Below the pieces are notes generated by a model. That model worked only from the letters and a program-made list of their open reading frames with translations, was not told where the DNA came from and made no database searches. Made by a program: the position numbers and the translations under genes. DNA of 63,254 nt, the filler included. It is 5 parts of 5 records of this genome, joined end to end, with 100 filler letters (N's around TTAATTAATTAA, not from the genome) between each part and the next. Parts side by side here need not be neighbours in the genome. Positions count along the whole stretch, not along the records: positions 14,420 to 21,257 come from SRR31156797_178; positions 21,358 to 39,684 come from SRR31156797_180; 3 more parts are not named here. One strand, written 5' to 3'. This document shows, one piece after another, positions 18,481 through 28,758 of the stretch; within the stretch, counting starts at the first letter, position 1; each line of letters opens with the position of its first letter.

Positions 18481-20811
18481 ATGGATTATAATTTATCAAT
18501 CAAAGGTATGACCTGCGCTGCTTGTTCAAGTAGAGTGGAAAAACTTTTAAATAAAAATGAAAATATTGAAGATGCTACAGTAAATCTTACTACAAATAAA
18601 GCTTTTTTTACTTCAGAAGATAAACTTGATTTAGACCCAATTATTGAGAAAATAGAAAAATATGGATTTGAAGTTGAAAAAGAGAAAATAGAGTTTGATA
18701 TTACAGGTATGAGTTGTTCGGCTTGTTCTAGTAGAATAGAAAAACAAGTGGGAAAAATGGATGGTGTTGTTGAATCAAATGTAAACCTTACTACAAATAA
18801 AGGAACCTTTACTATTTTAAAAGGTTTACAAACAAGTGATTCAATAATAAAAAGAATAGAAAAACTAGGCTTTAGTGCCAAAGAGGCAAAAGGTGTTGAA
18901 CTAAATACTCATGATGATGATGAACTAAAAGCAAAAAAAATAAAACTAATAATCTCTGCACTATTTAGTATTCCTATGCTTTTAGGGATGTTTGATATGA
19001 TGTTTAATTTAACTTTCATCCCCGATATTTTTTCAAATGGTTATTTTCAGTTAGTTCTTGCAAGTGTTGTTCAGTTTTATTGTGGAGCACAGTTTTATAA
19101 AGGAGCTTATTCTAACCTAAGTCACTTTAGTGCAAATATGGATGTACTTGTAGCCATGGGAACAACTGCTGCTTATTTATTCTCAATTTATAATATTACA
19201 ACAGGCGGACACTTATATTTTGAAACTTCAGCTGTGTTGATTACTTTGATATTACTGGGAAAATATTTAGAACATAGAGCAAAAAGTAAAACAAGCGAAG
19301 CAATCTCAAAACTTCTAAATCTAGCTCCTAAAAAAGCAAATGTTTTAAGAGATGGAAAAGAGCTTATCTTAACTACAAGTGAAGTTTTAAAAGATGATGT
19401 TATTTTAGTAAAACCTGGTGAAAAAATTCCTGTTGATGGAGTTGTAATTGAGGGTGAAAGTTATATTGATGAATCAATGGTAACAGGTGAGAGTAAGCCA
19501 GTTAAAAAATCTTTAGAGAGTGAAGTAATTGGTGGAACAATAAATGGGAACTTTACTTTTAAATACAAAGCAACAAAACTAGGTGATGAGAGTTTCCTTT
19601 CACAAATAGTAAAAGTTGTAGAAGAAGCTCAAGGAAGTAAAGCTTCTATCCAAAGATTTGCTGATGTGATTTCAGGATATTTTGTACCTACTGTTATTGT
19701 CTTAGCCTTTTTAGTATTTGCTTACTGGAACTTTTTGGCAAAAGACACAACTCTTGAAACAGCTTTAATAAATATGGTTGCAGTTTTAGTTATAGCTTGC
19801 CCTTGTGCTTTAGGTTTAGCCACTCCAACATCTATTATGGTTGGAAGTGGTAAAGGTGCACAAAATGGTATTTTATTTAAGGGTGGAGAATACTTAGAAA
19901 ATATGCAAAAAGTTGATACAGTTGTTTTTGATAAAACAGGAACAATAACAGTTGGAAAACCAAGTGTTACAAAGGTTTTAGCAAAAGATGAAACAAAAGT
20001 TTTACAACTAGCTGCATCAATAGAAAAACACTCAGAACACCCAGTTGGAAAAGCTATTACTGACTTTTTTAAAGGGGAACTTTTAGAAGTTAAAAATGTG
20101 GAAGCTGTAACAGGACTTGGTATAAAAGGTGAGATTGATTCAAAGCAGATTTTAGTTGGTTCAAAAAAGTTTATAGAACAAAATATTAAAATAGAAAACG
20201 ATGATATAAAAGATGAGGTTGGCTCACTTATTTATGTGGCTTATGATAATACTTATGAGGGTGTTATTGTAGTTGCAGATGAGATTAAGCCAACTACAAA
20301 ACAAGCAATAGAAGAGTTAAAAAAACTAAATATAAATGTATATATGTTAACAGGTGATAATGAAAAAACAGCCTTACATATTGCAAAACAAGTTGGTATT
20401 GATAATGTATTTGCTGAGGTTTTACCAACACAAAAAAGTGAAAAAGTAAAAGAGCTTCAAGAAAGAGGAGCCTTTGTTGCAATGGTTGGTGATGGAATAA
20501 ATGATGCACCAGCACTTGCCGTTGCTAATATAGGCATTGCTATTGGAAGTGGAACTGACATTGCTATAGAAGCTTCAGATGTAACTTTACTTCAAGGTGA
20601 TATAACAGGTGTTAGTAAAGCTATAAATCTTAGTAGAAAAACTATGGCAAATATAAAACAAAATCTTTTTTGGGCATTGATTTATAATATAATTGGTATT
20701 CCAATTGCGGCAGCAGGTTTATTAAACCCAATTGTTGCAGGTACTGCTATGGCATTTAGTTCGGTATCTGTTGTAACAAATGCTTTAAGATTAAAACAAA
20801 CAAAATTATAA
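18481..20811 (+). CDS. copA: Cu(I)-translocating P1B-type ATPase
   Basis: Two HMA domains (GMTCAAC, GMSCSAC), TGES, CPC, DKTGT, SEHP, GDGIND, YN..GIP, MAFSS; start 18481 preferred (AAGG RBS; TATAAT at 18440-18445). Confidence 0.95.
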   Translation: MDYNLSIKGMTCAACSSRVEKLLNKNENIEDATVNLTTNKAFFTSEDKLDLDPIIEKIEKYGFEVEKEKIEFDITGMSCSACSSRIEKQVGKMDGVVESNVNLTTNKGTFTILKGLQTSDSIIKRIEKLGFSAKEAKGVELNTHDDDELKAKKIKLIISALFSIPMLLGMFDMMFNLTFIPDIFSNGYFQLVLASVVQFYCGAQFYKGAYSNLSHFSANMDVLVAMGTTAAYLFSIYNITTGGHLYFETSAVLITLILLGKYLEHRAKSKTSEAISKLLNLAPKKANVLRDGKELILTTSEVLKDDVILVKPGEKIPVDGVVIEGESYIDESMVTGESKPVKKSLESEVIGGTINGNFTFKYKATKLGDESFLSQIVKVVEEAQGSKASIQRFADVISGYFVPTVIVLAFLVFAYWNFLAKDTTLETALINMVAVLVIACPCALGLATPTSIMVGSGKGAQNGILFKGGEYLENMQKVDTVVFDKTGTITVGKPSVTKVLAKDETKVLQLAASIEKHSEHPVGKAITDFFKGELLEVKNVEAVTGLGIKGEIDSKQILVGSKKFIEQNIKIENDDIKDEVGSLIYVAYDNTYEGVIVVADEIKPTTKQAIEELKKLNINVYMLTGDNEKTALHIAKQVGIDNVFAEVLPTQKSEKVKELQERGAFVAMVGDGINDAPALAVANIGIAIGSGTDIAIEASDVTLLQGDITGVSKAINLSRKTMANIKQNLFWALIYNIIGIPIAAAGLLNPIVAGTAMAFSSVSVVTNALRLKQTKL

Positions 20812-20824
20812 GATAGGAGATAAT

Positions 20825-21034
20825 ATGAAAGAATTAGAAATTGGTGTAAATGGTATGAATTGTGGACATTGTAAAATGGCTGTTGAAAATGAATTAAAAG
20901 ATGTGGCTGGTGTAAATAATGCTGAAGTTAGTTTAGAAGAGAAAAAAGTTACTGTTAGTTTAGAAGATGAGTCTTTATCTGTTGATAAACTTTATGAGGC
21001 TATTGAAGAAGCAGGGTTTGAACCTGTAAAATAG
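20825..21034 (+). CDS. copZ: Copper chaperone (HMA domain)
   Basis: GMNCGHC, AIEEAGF; 69 aa; AGGAG RBS. Confidence 0.92.
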   Translation: MKELEIGVNGMNCGHCKMAVENELKDVAGVNNAEVSLEEKKVTVSLEDESLSVDKLYEAIEEAGFEPVK

Positions 21035-21038
21035 TTTC

Positions 21039-21062
21039 AAAAGCAGCTTTTAGGCTGCTTTT
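21039..21062. terminator. Bidirectional intrinsic terminator between convergent copZ and hcp
   Basis: AAAAGCAGC-ttttag-GCTGCTTTT. Confidence 0.7.
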
Positions 21063-21256
21063 TCTATAAGAAGTTTTTTTAAGTCCTCTTTTGCATCACC
21101 TGTTAAGTGAAGGTTGAAGTTTTTAACTAAGAAATTAAATATATCTTCGTTTACAAATTGTGGTGGTTTAGGTCCAAGATAGATATCTTTTATACCTAAA
21201 GAGAATAGGGCTAAAAGAATAATAACTGCTTTTTGCTCCATCCAAGAAAGAACAAT
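21050..21256 (-). CDS. hcp: Hybrid cluster protein (hydroxylamine reductase), C-terminal fragment
   Basis: IVLSWMEQKAVIILLALFSLGIKDIYLGP..P.F matches the Hcp C-terminus; 5' part lost at spacer. Confidence 0.88.
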   Translation of the reverse strand: MVLSWMEQKAVIILLALFSLGIKDIYLGPKPPQFVNEDIFNFLVKNFNLHLTGDAKEDLKKLLIEKAA

Positions 21257-21257
21257 A

Positions 21258-21357
21258 NNNNNNNNNNNNNNNNNNNNNNNNNNNNNNNNNNNNNNNNNNN
21301 NTTAATTAATTAANNNNNNNNNNNNNNNNNNNNNNNNNNNNNNNNNNNNNNNNNNNN
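21258..21357. other. Artificial contig spacer
   Basis: 44 N + TTAATTAATTAA + 44 N. Confidence 0.98.
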
Positions 21358-23539
21358 TCTTAACGTATCCTGTGTCCTGTGTGGCAAGATTTCCACCAAA
21401 GAGTGCATTGTAAACATTCTTGTATCCTGGTTCCTGTGTGCTTCCGATTGGTGATTCATGCACCATACGATATTGTTTGAGTCCGTTACCATCAAATATG
21501 TGAAGCCTTGCTTCCATTGAGTTAAAGTACCTTTGCCCGGGTACTGACATGTATCCTGCATCAGTCTGTACCTGTACATAGTAATCAGCTGTGTCAAGTG
21601 TCCATGCGGTCATGGCATAGAATTTGCCGGTTGCCATCTCAACGTCTGATACTATATAGCGTGCACCTGCCTTTTCAGGATCAGGGTGAATTGCTTCAAG
21701 GACATTGGTTGCTTCTTCTTCGGAAGGGGCTGTGAAGAAGGTGGATGCTCCTGGGCGGTTTTCTTCTTCAATGCTGTTTGTACGACCACCAATTCCTTTC
21801 TGGAATGGATTCGCATTTGGAATACGCCTTCCTATTACCTCGATCCAGTGGCCATAGTCCCACCATGACATGACTCCATATGCGGTATCCGGGTACTCAA
21901 AGCTTTCTCCTGCCGCAGGTCGTTCATAGTTTTCATAGTAATCAAGCCCCGGGTCGGGTGTATTGTATCTAAGCCACTGAGTTGCCTCAATCCAGTAACC
22001 ATTTGGCCCTCCTGTTCCCTGGGTCTGTTGCATTGCAAGGGTATAACTTGGGTATATAAGAAGCAGTATTATTAATACGGATGAGATTATGTGCATTGCC
22101 TTAATGTTTTTAGCACTGAATGTTTTATCTTTTACACCAGCAATCAGATTGTTCCATCCGGAAAGCTCAAGGACCTTAATTCCAATCCACGCACTGAGAA
22201 TTGCAGCATTCACTGAATAATAGTATGCAAAGCGGTTTTGTTGGAGCATAGCCCAGATGATCATCAGTGTCCATACAACAAGAAACATATTTTCAGGCAT
22301 ATTTTTTTGGGTAAATACTTTGTAGGTGAGTATTGCCAGTGCAATAAATGAAATATACCCCATTGCTCCGAAATTGTACCAAATTGGCTGAAGGGAGAAT
22401 TGACCTCCCATGGATAAAAGAGGGGAAGCTTCTGCTATTGTGAGGCCACCACCCGTTCGCATAAAAAAACTGAATACACTTGTTATGAGGGAGTAAGCAG
22501 ATTCTGATATCAACTTAGCAATTCCAACTCCTATTACAAAAATGATGGAAATCGCAAGAGGATAATATGCTTTTTTTATTCCTTTTTTGTCCATGATTGT
22601 TGACATCAAACTCAGAATCGGGAATGCAATTATTCCTGCAACCAGACCTTTAATTGCCAGTGGTTTTGTACTTCCGATATATGGTGTTAGAATGACCATT
22701 ATAAGTGCAACAGCAAAAATAATCATCCCCGAGATGGCCAGGTAATCATTGGACCTTTTGTGCATGTGGTCGACACAAAATTGTATGGTTATGTATACTC
22801 CGATAACAAAGCTAAAGAATATAGCACCAATCCATGCAAGTGAGTATGCTCCAAGTGCCAATCCTGTTAACAACATGTAAGGAAGTACTTTTTTAAAGGT
22901 GGAATAGTCCTTATTTTTGATCATTTCAAATGTAATTTCGTGCTCATTTGCTTTTTTCAGCATTATTATCAGGAACATTGCTATGAGCGTTGTGAGCAAT
23001 GTTTCAGCAATATGGTGGTCGTTGAATCCGATCATAGATCGTGATAGGATCTGTCCTGGTGCTATCGCTATGAGAAAAGCTGCCAATAATGCTGCATTAT
23101 TTCCAAAAAGGTTCTTTGTGACAAAGTATGTAGGAATAATGACAAGTGCACCCAAAATGACTGGGTTATATGCGCAAAATGTATTGATCAATTCCTGACT
23201 TGGATTACCAAGTCCTATTATCCATATCATGGTTGAGAGAAAATAATCAAACAGTGGGGCAAAGACCTGGTTTCCACCATTTGGATATTGGGTGTAAGCA
23301 TCAAACCATAGCATTTTTGGATAATTGTGGACTATCGATTCTACATTTCTTAAATGGTACCAAGGGTCATTCCCGCCAAAACGTACAAACGTGTCAGAAA
23401 TGAACACGCCAGCTTTTGGTATTGTTCTTAGATAAATGGATACAAGCAGTGAGAGGAGAATCCCTCCCAGATATATTAACTTGCCCCGGGATTTTGTAGT
23501 TGTTTTGTCTTCAGTGGTCATTTGCTTACTCTCTCTCAT
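21358..23539 (-). CDS. aglB: Archaeal oligosaccharyltransferase AglB (STT3), 3' end truncated
   Basis: GNDPWYHLR, DHHIAE, TIAEA, QNRFAYY, WWDYG, NPFQ, DVEMATGKFYAM; multi-TM N-terminus. Confidence 0.95.
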
Positions 23540-23591
23540 ATCTATTAATTAATTTAGCACTCCAATACTAATTATTTCAAATGAATTACTT

Positions 23592-24731
23592 TTATTTATC
23601 GTTTGTTGAATTCAGTTCGTATCTTGCATCTTCCACAGCTTCCCACGAGCCTCCGGTTGGGATGATAAATGAAAAATTCATGATAAGTTGGGTTGTAACA
23701 AAAGACGATGCTATTCCCCCTATCTTTGGAATAACAAGTAATGCAAGCAGTGCTAAGTACAGAGGGTTGCTGATGAGTACAAGAGGATATAGAAGAACTA
23801 AGATCAGAACAATAAGCGGGGAAACAATGTGTGTAAGCAGTGCATATGGATATATTATGCTTCCGAACTTTCCTTTTCCAAGAAGCTTAAGGTTATTTAA
23901 GTAGACTCTCCTCAGACCATTGATCCTCTTCATCTTCTGAATGGTACGGCCTTTTAAAGTGAGTGGAACACGTTCGTATACAACAGCTTCTTTATCGTAA
24001 ACAACCCTGTATCCCAGTCTGATTACCTTAAACAGCATATCAGAATCATCTGCATATGCATTCGGATTTATTTTTATCTTATGTAACAGTTCGGTTCTGA
24101 AAGCCATTAACGGACCGTTGCATACAGAAACAGATGAGATATTGCTTTCTCCCTGCCTCCACACATCAAAATAGAATCTATAGGAATCTTCATGTGATTT
24201 GGATAATCTCGTTCTATCAGATACGATCACTATTTTCCCCGTTGCTCCACCGATATCAGGGTCAGAAAAGTTCTTTGTAATTTGAAGGAGGGCATCTTCT
24301 TTTAGCAATGCATCGGCATCGGTTATTACTGTAATATCTCTGTTGATTCTTGAAAAGATCCAGTTCAATCCTCTTGCCTTTCCTTTTCCACCATCATTTT
24401 TGATCACAGTTGCTTTTAGTAAGATTTCATTTATTGTTTTGCTTGCAACCTCTTCTGAACTGTCCGTGGAATAATCGTCCAGTAATATGATATCCAATTT
24501 GTCTTCAGGGTAATTAATATTGGATGTATTTTTTATCTTCTCCCCGATAACCTTCTCTTCATTGTACATTGGTATTACAAATGTGACCGTTGGAAGATCA
24601 TCATTTGCAGGGAGTTTCTCTCCTTTTCTGGAATATACATACATGATCAATGTATAAGAGGCAAAAAGAATGATCTCAAGAACTAATAACAGATTCCAGA
24701 CCAACACCAGACTACTCATATTTAGTAACAT
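23592..24731 (-). CDS. GT2 glycosyltransferase with flanking TM helices
   Basis: IPMYNEE, DDYSTD, GKARGLN, TDAD, ADD; QxxRW degenerate (QKMKRI). Confidence 0.88.
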   Translation of the reverse strand: MLLNMSSLVLVWNLLLVLEIILFASYTLIMYVYSRKGEKLPANDDLPTVTFVIPMYNEEKVIGEKIKNTSNINYPEDKLDIILLDDYSTDSSEEVASKTINEILLKATVIKNDGGKGKARGLNWIFSRINRDITVITDADALLKEDALLQITKNFSDPDIGGATGKIVIVSDRTRLSKSHEDSYRFYFDVWRQGESNISSVSVCNGPLMAFRTELLHKIKINPNAYADDSDMLFKVIRLGYRVVYDKEAVVYERVPLTLKGRTIQKMKRINGLRRVYLNNLKLLGKGKFGSIIYPYALLTHIVSPLIVLILVLLYPLVLISNPLYLALLALLVIPKIGGIASSFVTTQLIMNFSFIIPTGGSWEAVEDARYELNSTNDK

Positions 24732-24810
24732 TGATTATAACCATTTATATTTATTTAATAATTAGTACGTTGTAAATTACATTCCTATAGTGATCGGTGG
24801 AAGCTTTTCT

Positions 24811-26280
24811 TCATAAAATATGAAGTTTCCATTTAATCTTTCTTATTAAGTATGCTGTATTGAATATTATTTTTGATAACCAACTTTTTACAAGAAGTTT
24901 GGATTTCAATCTTTGAATGTGAGGGTTTTTCAGGTATATTCCCATGAATGTTCCATGCCTTACTGACTCTGGTTTGTAATATACATATTTTTGACCATAG
25001 GATTTCTGCCAGTATGCAAATTTAATTGCGCCAGTCATGTTCATTGGCTCAAGTCTCTGATCAATGAGGTCTATCAGTTCATTTTTGTTCTCAGGGATAT
25101 AGCAACTTTCCATTTCCTCATAAAGTGCCCTGCCGATGAGGATAACTGGCTTCCCCCAAAATGTACTTTCAATACCCATTGTTGAACCGAATGTTATTAT
25201 CTTTTCACAAGCTTCCATTAATTCATAGGAATGAATTTTAGAATCTGCTGGAATAATGTGCAGATTCCGGGCTCTCAGTTCATTCAATTCTCTGGTTTGT
25301 GTGTTTTTCAGGCCTTTGAGATTGGGATGAATCCGTAGATAGAACATTATATTTTCATCAAAGTCTGTAGCAATCAGGTCTTTCATTGCAGCTGTCTGAT
25401 TTTGATACAGTTGGTTCTTCCACCCTGTAATGGCTTCAAATTCATCCTGGGATGATATATATACTGCAATATTTCTTTTTGAAGGGTCAAATCCTTCAGG
25501 TAAATTGCCTTTGACCTGTGATTTAGTAAAGGAGTACCAGCTCTGGTCTTTACCGCCTCTGCGTTCTTCAAACCACTTTGTGGCAATTTCATTCTTTTTC
25601 ACCTCATCTGGTTCATTATCCCAGTATTCTATAATCTGCTTTTTCTGGTATTCGATATCATGGGGATATGTATCTTCAGTTAATGAATAACTGTTCAGTA
25701 CTCCGGCCCTTTCATGGACATATGTTTTTATTTTCATGTCCTGTGCAGCTCTTAACGCTGGTCTTAATGGTGCATATCTTCCATTGAACAGATAGAATAC
25801 ATCGGGTTCTATTTTCTGAAGATGATGTTTGGTTGCTCTATAAACGGCTATTGCCATTAAGAGGTTCTTTTTTACAAATGGTTTGTATTGTATTACGTTA
25901 GGACTAGGTTCACGCACCATGCTGATAAGTGAGGAGGCAACTGCCATTCCAACATCGATTCCATCAACTTCAAAGTTCTTTAGTTCTTCCATGGTTAAAA
26001 AATCAGGTGTATCAACATCTTTAGTAAACCTACTCAGAGCAAGATCATGTCGATTTTCTTCCGGGAGTTTTATGATGCCTAATCCTTTATCTCTTCGGGA
26101 TTTACACAGAAAGCATGTGAGCTTGATGTGGTTTGGATTTGGTTCACAAGCAGGTAAATCTCCAGAACACTGTATAATGTGTACCTCATCCCCTGCTTCA
26201 ATGTGCTTGGTGGCTATTTCAAGATCTGTTGCAAGATGGGGTACCCAATCTGCAAAAGGCATGTAGATAAGGATTTTCAT
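24811..26280 (-). CDS. Capsule-biosynthesis-like (KpsS-like) putative glycosyltransferase
   Basis: LFNGRY, HERAG, LRIHPN, SYELM...ITFGSTMGIES.FWGKPVI; N-terminal Cys cluster; directly downstream of pseF. Confidence 0.55.
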   Translation of the reverse strand: MKILIYMPFADWVPHLATDLEIATKHIEAGDEVHIIQCSGDLPACEPNPNHIKLTCFLCKSRRDKGLGIIKLPEENRHDLALSRFTKDVDTPDFLTMEELKNFEVDGIDVGMAVASSLISMVREPSPNVIQYKPFVKKNLLMAIAVYRATKHHLQKIEPDVFYLFNGRYAPLRPALRAAQDMKIKTYVHERAGVLNSYSLTEDTYPHDIEYQKKQIIEYWDNEPDEVKKNEIATKWFEERRGGKDQSWYSFTKSQVKGNLPEGFDPSKRNIAVYISSQDEFEAITGWKNQLYQNQTAAMKDLIATDFDENIMFYLRIHPNLKGLKNTQTRELNELRARNLHIIPADSKIHSYELMEACEKIITFGSTMGIESTFWGKPVILIGRALYEEMESCYIPENKNELIDLIDQRLEPMNMTGAIKFAYWQKSYGQKYVYYKPESVRHGTFMGIYLKNPHIQRLKSKLLVKSWLSKIIFNTAYLIRKIKWKLHIL

Positions 26281-26381
26281 ATTGACCTCTTACAATTAAG
26301 AATATCATAGTATATATATCTCTTATATTATGTATATATCATTATAGAAAACAAAAAGCAGAAGGTTAATCGGAATATACT

Positions 26382-27092
26382 TTAGTAACAATTCTGTTCT
26401 TTAGCTCTCAGTAATTTGTATTTCATTTCAGCGATTTTCCAGTCTTCTTCATTATCGATGTCCTGAACTTCCGACTCCGGCAAAATGATTGGGACTGTAT
26501 GCTCAGCGAAAAGCTTCATTTGATTTAGCAGGCTTTCTGTTTTCATACAATAGAACTGTCCACAATCATGATATGTTGGTGTCAAATCCTGCGATCGCTT
26601 TTCATAGTTTTGAGGCCAGAGCATTACTGCTCTGCTATTTTCTATCTTTAATGATCTTTGTATAGGATAACTATAGCATGTAACAGGTAGTACGCAATCA
26701 GCATCGGTTTTTTTAAGAAGTGCCATTGCTTCTTTAAGCCTTTCAGGCAAAACGAAAGGGGCTGTCGGGTAGACGCAACAAAGGTAATCATAGTGTTTTC
26801 CATCTTTTTTGTATTCCAGTATAACTTCTTTTAGAACATCGGCAGTGGTTGCAAAATCATTAGAGTTACTCTCTGATCTTAAAAATGGAATCTTTGCTCC
26901 ATACGATGCTGCAGTTTTTGCAATTTCCTCGTCATCTGTGGAAACCATTATTTCGTCAAAGCAGCCACATTCCAGTGCAGCATCAATTGAGTATTTTATT
27001 ATTGGCTGTCCGCAAAAAGATTTAATATTCTTTCGTGGTATCCTTTTACTTCCGCCTCTTGCAGGAATAATTGCTAAACAGGTTGGGTTAAT
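26382..27092 (-). CDS. pseF: Pseudaminic-acid-type CMP-nonulosonate cytidylyltransferase (apparent ATT start)
   Basis: Frame extends 48 codons upstream of the ORF-track start and contains AIIPARGGSKRIPRKNIK; also YPTAPF, RSQDL, YHDCGQFY, VQDIDNEEDW. Confidence 0.88.
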   Translation of the reverse strand: MNPTCLAIIPARGGSKRIPRKNIKSFCGQPIIKYSIDAALECGCFDEIMVSTDDEEIAKTAASYGAKIPFLRSESNSNDFATTADVLKEVILEYKKDGKHYDYLCCVYPTAPFVLPERLKEAMALLKKTDADCVLPVTCYSYPIQRSLKIENSRAVMLWPQNYEKRSQDLTPTYHDCGQFYCMKTESLLNQMKLFAEHTVPIILPESEVQDIDNEEDWKIAEMKYKLLRAKEQNCY

Positions 27093-27115
27093 TTCAATCT
27101 ACCTCTTCGATGATA

Positions 27116-27646
27116 TTATTTTTTTAATTCATTATCAAGAATACTATAATATAACGAGTCATGCCAATTGTCTTCAGACCAATGTGTTTGCCTGTGACGT
27201 CCTTCAAGTTTGAATCCAAGTTTTTCAAAAAAGTTAGTTTTTAAATTATCAAAGTCATAGATTTCGGCCCATAGTCTGTGTAATCCCAGTTCTCCAAAGG
27301 CATAGCTAGCCATTGTATTTCCTGCATCAGGTGCATATTTTTCGTCAATATACAGTTCATCAGCTCCGATATATATTGAAAAATCCGCATTTTTGTTGAT
27401 CCAGTCTATATAGCACAGTCCGCATGCTCCCAGCAACCGTTTTGTTTCCAGTTCCACTATGGAGAACATGATGGTTTTTGGATCTTTCATTACAACTTCT
27501 TCAAACCAGAAATTCTGGTTTTCCATGCTCAATTCGCGATATTCTCTGAAAAAACGTCTGAATTCCGGTCTGTTGCGGTATTCCATCAATAATGGTAAGT
27601 CTGAACGTTCAATTGCACGGAGTCCTGTAAATTTACCTCTTAACAT
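27116..27646 (-). CDS. GNAT (RimL/PseH-like) acetyltransferase
   Basis: LRAIERSDL, GACGLCYIDW.NKNA, AFGELGLHRLWAEIY, LGFKLEG. Confidence 0.85.
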   Translation of the reverse strand: MLRGKFTGLRAIERSDLPLLMEYRNRPEFRRFFREYRELSMENQNFWFEEVVMKDPKTIMFSIVELETKRLLGACGLCYIDWINKNADFSIYIGADELYIDEKYAPDAGNTMASYAFGELGLHRLWAEIYDFDNLKTNFFEKLGFKLEGRHRQTHWSEDNWHDSLYYSILDNELKK

Positions 27647-28758
27647 AGTAAGTCCTCTTCAATGTCTTTTTCAAAAAGAGCATCTCCTGCTAACTTTGGA
27701 GATTTCAGTTTTTTTCCGACAACCTTTTCTATATTATAAGGTTCAATGGCACCTTTTGGAGCAGGACGAAGAGATTTAAGATTGTCTCTATTAATCTGTT
27801 CTCCTGTTTTCATATCACGTGCCAACCTTAAGCAACGACGTTGAACTATTGCAGTATCTCTTTCATTTTGTTCAATCCGCTTTGTTCCGTCACCTAACGA
27901 GTTCTCAAGCTCACGACTACGTTCTACCATCTCTTTCCAGGTTTGAGGATTCATAGAAAACGCATGATCCGGTCCGACTCTGCTATTGTCATCGGTGAAA
28001 TGTTTTTCAATAACTCTGGCCCCAAGAGTAATGGCTCCAAGAACCGTGGCATGTAGTGGTGTATGATCTGAAAGGCCAATGACCATATTAGGATACTTGG
28101 TAGCAAATGTTTTGAGTACATTGAGATTAATGTATTGAAAATTCTCAAGACTTCCTGTGTAGTTTGTATTACACTGCAAAAGCACAAGTTGGGAATTGTG
28201 TTTCAGGACAGCTTCAACAGCTCTTTCCACATCGCTTATAGTAGATGCTCCGGTGGCCATTATTACAGGCTTTCCCTTTTTTGCAATCGTTTCAATAAAT
28301 TCAATCCAGGTTATGTCTCCAGATCCTATTTTATACGCCGGAATATACTTGTCAAGTAATTCCACAGCTTCTGCATCATATGGTGTGGTAAGGAAATCGA
28401 TTTTTGCTTCCTTGGCGGTTTTTGCCAGTTCTGTGGTCCAGTCCCTGTTGCATTCATACTGTTCATAGATTTCAAAAATGGTTTTGTCCCATGAGGCCTG
28501 ATGACTCATTTTGCTGCCAAGATGCTTAAAGCCATAGTCACTAACAATTTTTCCGGCTTTAAAATGCTGAAATTTGACTGCATCTGCTCCAGCATCTTTT
28601 GCAAGCCATATCAACTGTTTGGCACGTTCAATGTCACCATCATGGTTTGATGCAACATCTGCTATAAAATATGTAGGTGCAGAAATTGATATTTCCCTTT
28701 TTCCAATATATATCACATCATCATATCTCATTTTTGACATCTCCTTCATATTCTTCAA
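27640..28758 (-). CDS. Nonulosonic acid synthase, NeuB/PseI family with C-terminal SAF domain
   Basis: FIADVASNHDGD, AGADAVKFQ, YKIGSGD, GLSDHT, IEKHFT, GPDHAFS; true start may be a few codons downstream. Confidence 0.93.
   Translation of the reverse strand: MKNMKEMSKMRYDDVIYIGKREISISAPTYFIADVASNHDGDIERAKQLIWLAKDAGADAVKFQHFKAGKIVSDYGFKHLGSKMSHQASWDKTIFEIYEQYECNRDWTTELAKTAKEAKIDFLTTPYDAEAVELLDKYIPAYKIGSGDITWIEFIETIAKKGKPVIMATGASTISDVERAVEAVLKHNSQLVLLQCNTNYTGSLENFQYINLNVLKTFATKYPNMVIGLSDHTPLHATVLGAITLGARVIEKHFTDDNSRVGPDHAFSMNPQTWKEMVERSRELENSLGDGTKRIEQNERDTAIVQRRCLRLARDMKTGEQINRDNLKSLRPAPKGAIEPYNIEKVVGKKLKSPKLAGDALFEKDIEEDLLC

Noticed and set aside
27099-27131. Pyrrolysine read-through of the in-frame TAG upstream of pseF as an explanation for the missing start
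   Set aside because: Reading further upstream in frame meets TGA at 27129-27131 with no ATG/GTG/TTG in between.
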